From Blastocatellia bacterium (GTDB lineage Bacteria > Acidobacteriota > Blastocatellia > RBC074): a stretch of DNA of 64,000 bases. Below the pieces are notes generated by a model. That model ran no database searches. It had not been told where the DNA came from and saw only the letters and a list, made by a program, of their open reading frames with translations. The position numbers and the translations under genes were made by a program. Location of the stretch: NCBI GenBank assembly GCA_043783625.1, contig JAYVZE010000179.1:527-64526 (forward strand), read 5' to 3'. This document shows, in pieces, positions 59,804-64,000 of this stretch (position 1 is its first letter; each line of letters opens with the position of its first letter).

Positions 59804-59837
59804 GAGGGCGGTTGTGTGAAGCATCCGCCCTTTTTAT
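59804..59837 (+). terminator. Intrinsic terminator
   Basis: GAGGGCGG, a loop, then CCGCCCT, then TTTTAT. Confidence 0.6.
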
Positions 59838-59846
59838 AGATGTAAA

Positions 59847-61565
59847 ATGCCCCTACTATCTCGCCGGAAAATTCTTCCTGTTTTATTTCTCTTGCTTACC
59901 CTGATCGGCATCTGGATATTTTTTCATCGTCTCTCAAGCGTTGCGATGGACACATACATCCCGGATTCTGCGTTAGGATTTTTAGTTGTTAACGATGTTC
60001 CGCAGGTCATCAATAAATTGACTGCAACGCAAGGCTGGCAGGATTTAGCTCCGGCGTATGGATTGGATGGAAAATTTGCATACACCGGATGGTTAGCGAC
60101 GCTGGGGCGATGGACAGGCATCGGAACTGCTGAAAGCTTACTTTTTTTCAGAGGTCAGTTCGCGCTGGTCATCACGGGGATTGAACTGCGCGGCGATGAA
60201 GTCAAACCGCGCTGGGCATTAGTCGCAGAAACGCACGGCAGCGAAGCGGCAATAAAATCGCTAATTTCCGAACGCGTCGCGCAACTGGCGACCCGCGCTT
60301 ACAAAAATCCAGTGCAAGAATCCAGCGAATACGCAGGCGTGCCGATCACTATTTTTCGCGCTGGCACTCAAAGCCTGCTCACCGCGAATATCAAATCCGA
60401 ATGGATTCTTGCCAACGATCCCGAAGCTTTACGCGCCTGTATTGACACGCGAATGGGACGCGCTCCCGCTGTCAGCTCCAATGCCCTATTGCCTGCGGCG
60501 CGTCAGGCGGTGGATAAGGACGGAGAAGTTTTCGCGTTTGTGAGCCAACAAGGAGCTTCGCGGTTCTCGCAGTTTTTGGCGCATCTCTACGCCGGAAAAT
60601 TATTGGAAGCGACGCCGCTCGCTGGATTACTGGAAAGTCTGGTGTCGGATATTTCCAACGGAATGGTGGAGGGAATGGCCTACAGCGCAACGTTCGAGCG
60701 CGGCGCTGTGACCGACCAATATACCGTTTTATGCAAGCCGGATGTAGCGGATGGGTTGAAGGCTGCGATGAAAATTTCCGGTAATAAATCACCGGAGAAA
60801 AGTGCTTTGATAAAACAGGTTCCGGCGGCGATTGAAGGCGTAACGTGGTTCAACTTACAAGACCCCAGCCGGAGCGTTGATAGTGTTGAGAAAATTGTGA
60901 CGACGCGGATCGGGGTCGCACAGAGTTTTCTTTTTCATAAATTTTTCACGACTGCCAAAAAAATATTTTTGGGTTTGGAGCAGGGCGAAAACGGCAGCTC
61001 CGCGATTGGCAGCGAAGTCGTCCGCATGAAATTTGCCGAACGGGAAGATGAACCAGTTTGGTTAGCGAAAATCGTCGAAAAATCTGCTATCGAAAAAATT
61101 GCTATGCGGTTGATTTCTCAGCCGAATAAAGGAATAAAAAGTGAAGAATATAAGGGCTTTGCCTTAAAAATATCCGGTGATAATAAAAAAGCTTTTACCG
61201 TGATTGAGCAATTTCTGGCGTATGGTTCAAGTGGCAGTCTGAAGCAATTTATTGATGAGAAGCAGAAGAATTTAGCCTGGTTGCAGAGTTCGAAATTTAC
61301 TGCGGTGCAAGCGCAACTTGAAGAAAGCGAAGGTGCTGTCATGAGCTTTCACTCAGTGACCGATGAATCAATAAAAATGATGGACTCGCTGAAGAAAAAA
61401 TTGAACGCGAAGGCGGAGAGCAAGATTGTGAGTTCGGCTGTCAGTGAAAAAATCCCACTGGCTGCCAGCCGTACTATCGTCAATGATGCAGGACTCCAAA
61501 TTGTTGCTCGCTCAGCTTTTGGTAACTTTCCTCTGGTCACTTCTTTCGTAGATTCGATTTTCTAG
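59847..61565 (+). CDS. Hypothetical membrane-anchored periplasmic protein
   Basis: 572 aa. N-terminal TM helix. No catalytic motif recognised. Confidence 0.4.
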   Translation: MPLLSRRKILPVLFLLLTLIGIWIFFHRLSSVAMDTYIPDSALGFLVVNDVPQVINKLTATQGWQDLAPAYGLDGKFAYTGWLATLGRWTGIGTAESLLFFRGQFALVITGIELRGDEVKPRWALVAETHGSEAAIKSLISERVAQLATRAYKNPVQESSEYAGVPITIFRAGTQSLLTANIKSEWILANDPEALRACIDTRMGRAPAVSSNALLPAARQAVDKDGEVFAFVSQQGASRFSQFLAHLYAGKLLEATPLAGLLESLVSDISNGMVEGMAYSATFERGAVTDQYTVLCKPDVADGLKAAMKISGNKSPEKSALIKQVPAAIEGVTWFNLQDPSRSVDSVEKIVTTRIGVAQSFLFHKFFTTAKKIFLGLEQGENGSSAIGSEVVRMKFAEREDEPVWLAKIVEKSAIEKIAMRLISQPNKGIKSEEYKGFALKISGDNKKAFTVIEQFLAYGSSGSLKQFIDEKQKNLAWLQSSKFTAVQAQLEESEGAVMSFHSVTDESIKMMDSLKKKLNAKAESKIVSSAVSEKIPLAASRTIVNDAGLQIVARSAFGNFPLVTSFVDSIF

Positions 61566-61577
61566 TTTTGAAAGCCC

Positions 61578-62939
61578 ATGGTCAAAAAACAACTCACACT
61601 CGTTCCTCTGATTGGCATTATTTATTTTACTGTCAGCGGCGGAGCGTTTGGGTTGGAAAATATTATCTCAGGTGCGGGGCCGGGTTTTGGCTTACTTTTA
61701 CTCCTCATTACGCCGTTGATGTGGAGCTTGCCGATTGCTTTAGTCACGGCAGAATTGTCGGCGATGATGCCGATTGACGGCGGTTATTATCGCTGGGTTT
61801 ATTTTGCGCTGGGACGTTTCTGGGGCTTTCAGGAAGGCTGGTGGACGTGGTTGTTTACCTTCGTAGACATGGCGGTATATCCGGTTTTGTTTTCGACTTC
61901 GCTGAAATTCTTCTGGCCCGGAATGACTGGTTGGCAGCAATGGCTGGTGAATCTGGCGGTCATTGTCACGGCTTTAATCATTAACTGGCGTGGCTCAAAA
62001 TCAGTGGGAAGCACTGCCATCATTGCTTTTGTGATTATCACGGCGGCATTTTTGCTGCTCACGATTTTGGCTGCTACGAAGTTGACACAGACTCCCTGGG
62101 TTCCATTCACAGGCTCGGGAAAATCTTTATCCGTGACGCTCGGAGCCGGGTTGACGGCTGTGATGTGGAGCTACATGGGATGGGATAATGTCAGCACTTT
62201 TGCCGGAGAAGTGAAAAATCCAAGCCGTACCTTTCCGTTGGCGTTGATGATTTCTGTTTGCTTAGTGACCTTGCTTTATTTTATTCCGATAGTGGTGACG
62301 CTTGGCGCGACGACGAACTGGCAGCAGTGGGACAGTGATAATTTTACTATTTCCACCGTGGCGGGACAGTTGATTTCGCCCTGGCTTGGTTCTGCCATTG
62401 CCTTGAGTGTGATGTTCAGCGTGTGGAGCATGTTTGTCAGCCAATTGCTATACACTTCACGGTTGCCTTTTGCGATGGCGGAGGATGGACTGTTACCGAA
62501 AGTAATTACGAAAACTACAGCTCAAAATGGAACCCCTTATGTTTCATTGATTCTTTGCGCAGTAATTTATAGTGTCTTCACGATGTTGAGCTTCAAACGC
62601 TTGTTAGTGATTGATGTTTTGATTTATGCGATTGCGTTGATTATAGAATATGTCGCACTGATGAGGCTAAGAAAAACACACCCCGACATGACTCGCCCTT
62701 TCAAGATTTCGGGCGGAGCCTGGGGTATCGGAGCGGCGTTCATTTCGCTCCTGATTTTTGTCGGGGCTTGTGCCGTGTTTTCTATCCTCGGCGAAGAGGA
62801 TAGCTGGAAGCAAGTCTTAATAGTGATAGCAATGCTAACCACTGGGCCTGTCGTTTATGCGATACAAGCCCGGTTCAACCCGGCACCCCGTCAATTAAAA
62901 TGGATTGACTTGCTTCACCAGCCAGAGCCGGAAAAATAA
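61578..62939 (+). CDS. APC superfamily amino acid permease
   Basis: 453 aa, 12 TM segments. Conserved GxG (YFTVSGGAFGLE) amino-acid-transporter motif. Confidence 0.7.
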   Translation: MVKKQLTLVPLIGIIYFTVSGGAFGLENIISGAGPGFGLLLLLITPLMWSLPIALVTAELSAMMPIDGGYYRWVYFALGRFWGFQEGWWTWLFTFVDMAVYPVLFSTSLKFFWPGMTGWQQWLVNLAVIVTALIINWRGSKSVGSTAIIAFVIITAAFLLLTILAATKLTQTPWVPFTGSGKSLSVTLGAGLTAVMWSYMGWDNVSTFAGEVKNPSRTFPLALMISVCLVTLLYFIPIVVTLGATTNWQQWDSDNFTISTVAGQLISPWLGSAIALSVMFSVWSMFVSQLLYTSRLPFAMAEDGLLPKVITKTTAQNGTPYVSLILCAVIYSVFTMLSFKRLLVIDVLIYAIALIIEYVALMRLRKTHPDMTRPFKISGGAWGIGAAFISLLIFVGACAVFSILGEEDSWKQVLIVIAMLTTGPVVYAIQARFNPAPRQLKWIDLLHQPEPEK

Positions 62940-63076
62940 AAAATCAAATTGACTGCCAAGTCCGCTCCGAGTGCAGCCGATGGTAGACACAATTGAGAAA
63001 ACAAAAGGTATCACTTACCAACTGCGGAAACTCTGGCTGAAGTCAGCACTCTCAATACCTGTCAATCGCATTTCGT

Positions 63077-63343
63077 TTATTCCCAAAAAAAGCTAATGGT
63101 GAACAGGACAATACTCCAGAGCCACACTGGTAGAAAAAAGAAGTGCCCTCCCCCATGCGGATGAAACCAGTGCCCAGCCTCAGATATTTTGCGATATGTG
63201 ACATCAAGGGCGACCCAAATTGGGGCGGCAATCAGTACTGCCGTAGAATCCCCATGAATAGGAGTATTGAAAAGCCAGCTTACACCATATATCAGCATGA
63301 CTATTGGAGAAACCATTAAAAATCCTAGTCTGTTGAATATCAT
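63077..63343 (-). CDS. Small hydrophobic protein (2-3 TM segments)
   Basis: 88 aa. AT-rich codon usage. Confidence 0.3.
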   Translation of the reverse strand: MIFNRLGFLMVSPIVMLIYGVSWLFNTPIHGDSTAVLIAAPIWVALDVTYRKISEAGHWFHPHGGGHFFFLPVWLWSIVLFTISFFWE

Positions 63344-63722
63344 CGTATAACCTCTTTGTTGGGCGCAAATTTGCTGTCACTACGGTTTTAGCTTGTGTTA
63401 TTTTGAGTTATATCCAAAACCATAAGCCATAACCAGCAAGATCAATACAAAGATAATGATCTTTATCAGCAACCTAAAAGAAACGTAAATCCCAGATTCT
63501 CTGCTCAAGCTCATGTAATCTCCGATGGAAGGCTACCAACTTTCTTTTATGATCCTGAATTTGATAACGACATTAAGGAGCAGCCAAGTAGAAATTTTCT
63601 TGATCGTCGATTATTTCTGATCCCTCTTTCTGCGTATTTCATAGTACTATTGAAGAAAATTAAGTCACTGACGGACACCGTTCCGTTGGAATAACTATTG
63701 GGCATATTTTCAAGCAGTTAAA

Positions 63723-63983
63723 TTATTGCGTAGTTTTATTTAACCGTTTTTGCTCATCTACTAAAAATTGCGGTGTGTATTTCCACCATAATTTTTTTTC
63801 TACCGCTACAGAAATACCATTTGGACACATTAACCCGTAAGTTCCTTCCATGGTTCGTACCTTAGCTCGGACATAATTATTGTCCCATTCATGTTCAAGA
63901 ATTAAAGCACTTCCGTAAGGAACATAGCATTTAGACATTTGATTAAATACTGTATCTCGGTTTTGAGCACCTCCATCCTCCAA
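63723..63983 (-). CDS. Hypothetical protein
   Basis: 86 aa ORF in an AT-rich terminal region. No motif recognised. Confidence 0.25.
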   Translation of the reverse strand: MEDGGAQNRDTVFNQMSKCYVPYGSALILEHEWDNNYVRAKVRTMEGTYGLMCPNGISVAVEKKLWWKYTPQFLVDEQKRLNKTTQ

Positions 63984-64000
63984 AATTGTAACTGTTGTAC

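Overview
The window is a bacterial chromosomal segment on a roughly 50% GC backbone. Housekeeping genes present: ispH, rpsA, sppA, IHF/HU, msrA, pyrE, fabF, ribF, tsaD, ctpA-like S41 protease. A PEP-CTERM protein and a DUF1844 protein weakly suggest an Acidobacteria-like organism, but I cannot confirm that from sequence alone. Several accessory modules are embedded in this backbone.
(1) 21.3-32.3 kb: a minus-strand operon led by an Rsr (Ro60-like, TROVE+vWA) gene behind a near-consensus sigma54 promoter. It is followed by about 1.6 kb of noncoding DNA carrying three circularly permuted tRNA-like modules, the signature of bacterial YrlA-type Y RNAs. Downstream come an uncharacterised 309-aa protein with an HEPN-like Rx5H motif, a free-standing double-motif LAGLIDADG endonuclease, RtcB RNA ligase, a 131-aa unknown, and a twice-frameshifted HNH endonuclease pseudogene. 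The cognate sigma54 activator RtcR (CARF-AAA+-HTH) lies about 2 kb away on the other strand. This looks like an expanded Rsr/Y-RNA/RtcB RNA-repair locus that has gained nuclease genes, and I consider it the most interesting system in the window.
(2) 40.08-50.66 kb: a roughly 10.5 kb integrative, phage-satellite-like element inserted into tRNA-Asn(GTT), flanked by a 48-bp direct repeat of the tRNA 3' end. It carries an integrase, AlpA-like and Xis-like HTH proteins, an S24 repressor, a Toprim primase and a DUF927 helicase with a GTGGGATCA iteron origin, VRR-NUC, a TerS-like protein, a frameshift-split large terminase, and a BrnT/BrnA toxin-antitoxin pair. No capsid or tail genes are present.
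(3) 12.99-14.96 kb: a two-gene ABC-type ATPase plus DUF4276-like partner resembling the AbiL (AbiLi/AbiLii) abortive-infection architecture.
(4) 1-4.2 kb: a low-GC segment with a coiled-coil protein and two tandem paralogous GT-C glycosyltransferases.
(5) Many intergenic structured repeats: two copies of a REP/MITE-like palindromic element, two MITE-like elements with 19-21 bp terminal inverted repeats, and unusual long hairpins assembled from reiterated 8-12 nt units.
(6) Candidate pseudogenes and frameshifts: the HNH endonuclease, terminase TerL, primase/helicase, a DUF4262 gene with an in-frame TAG, and a SEC-C-motif small ORF.
No CRISPR array and no rRNA were found.
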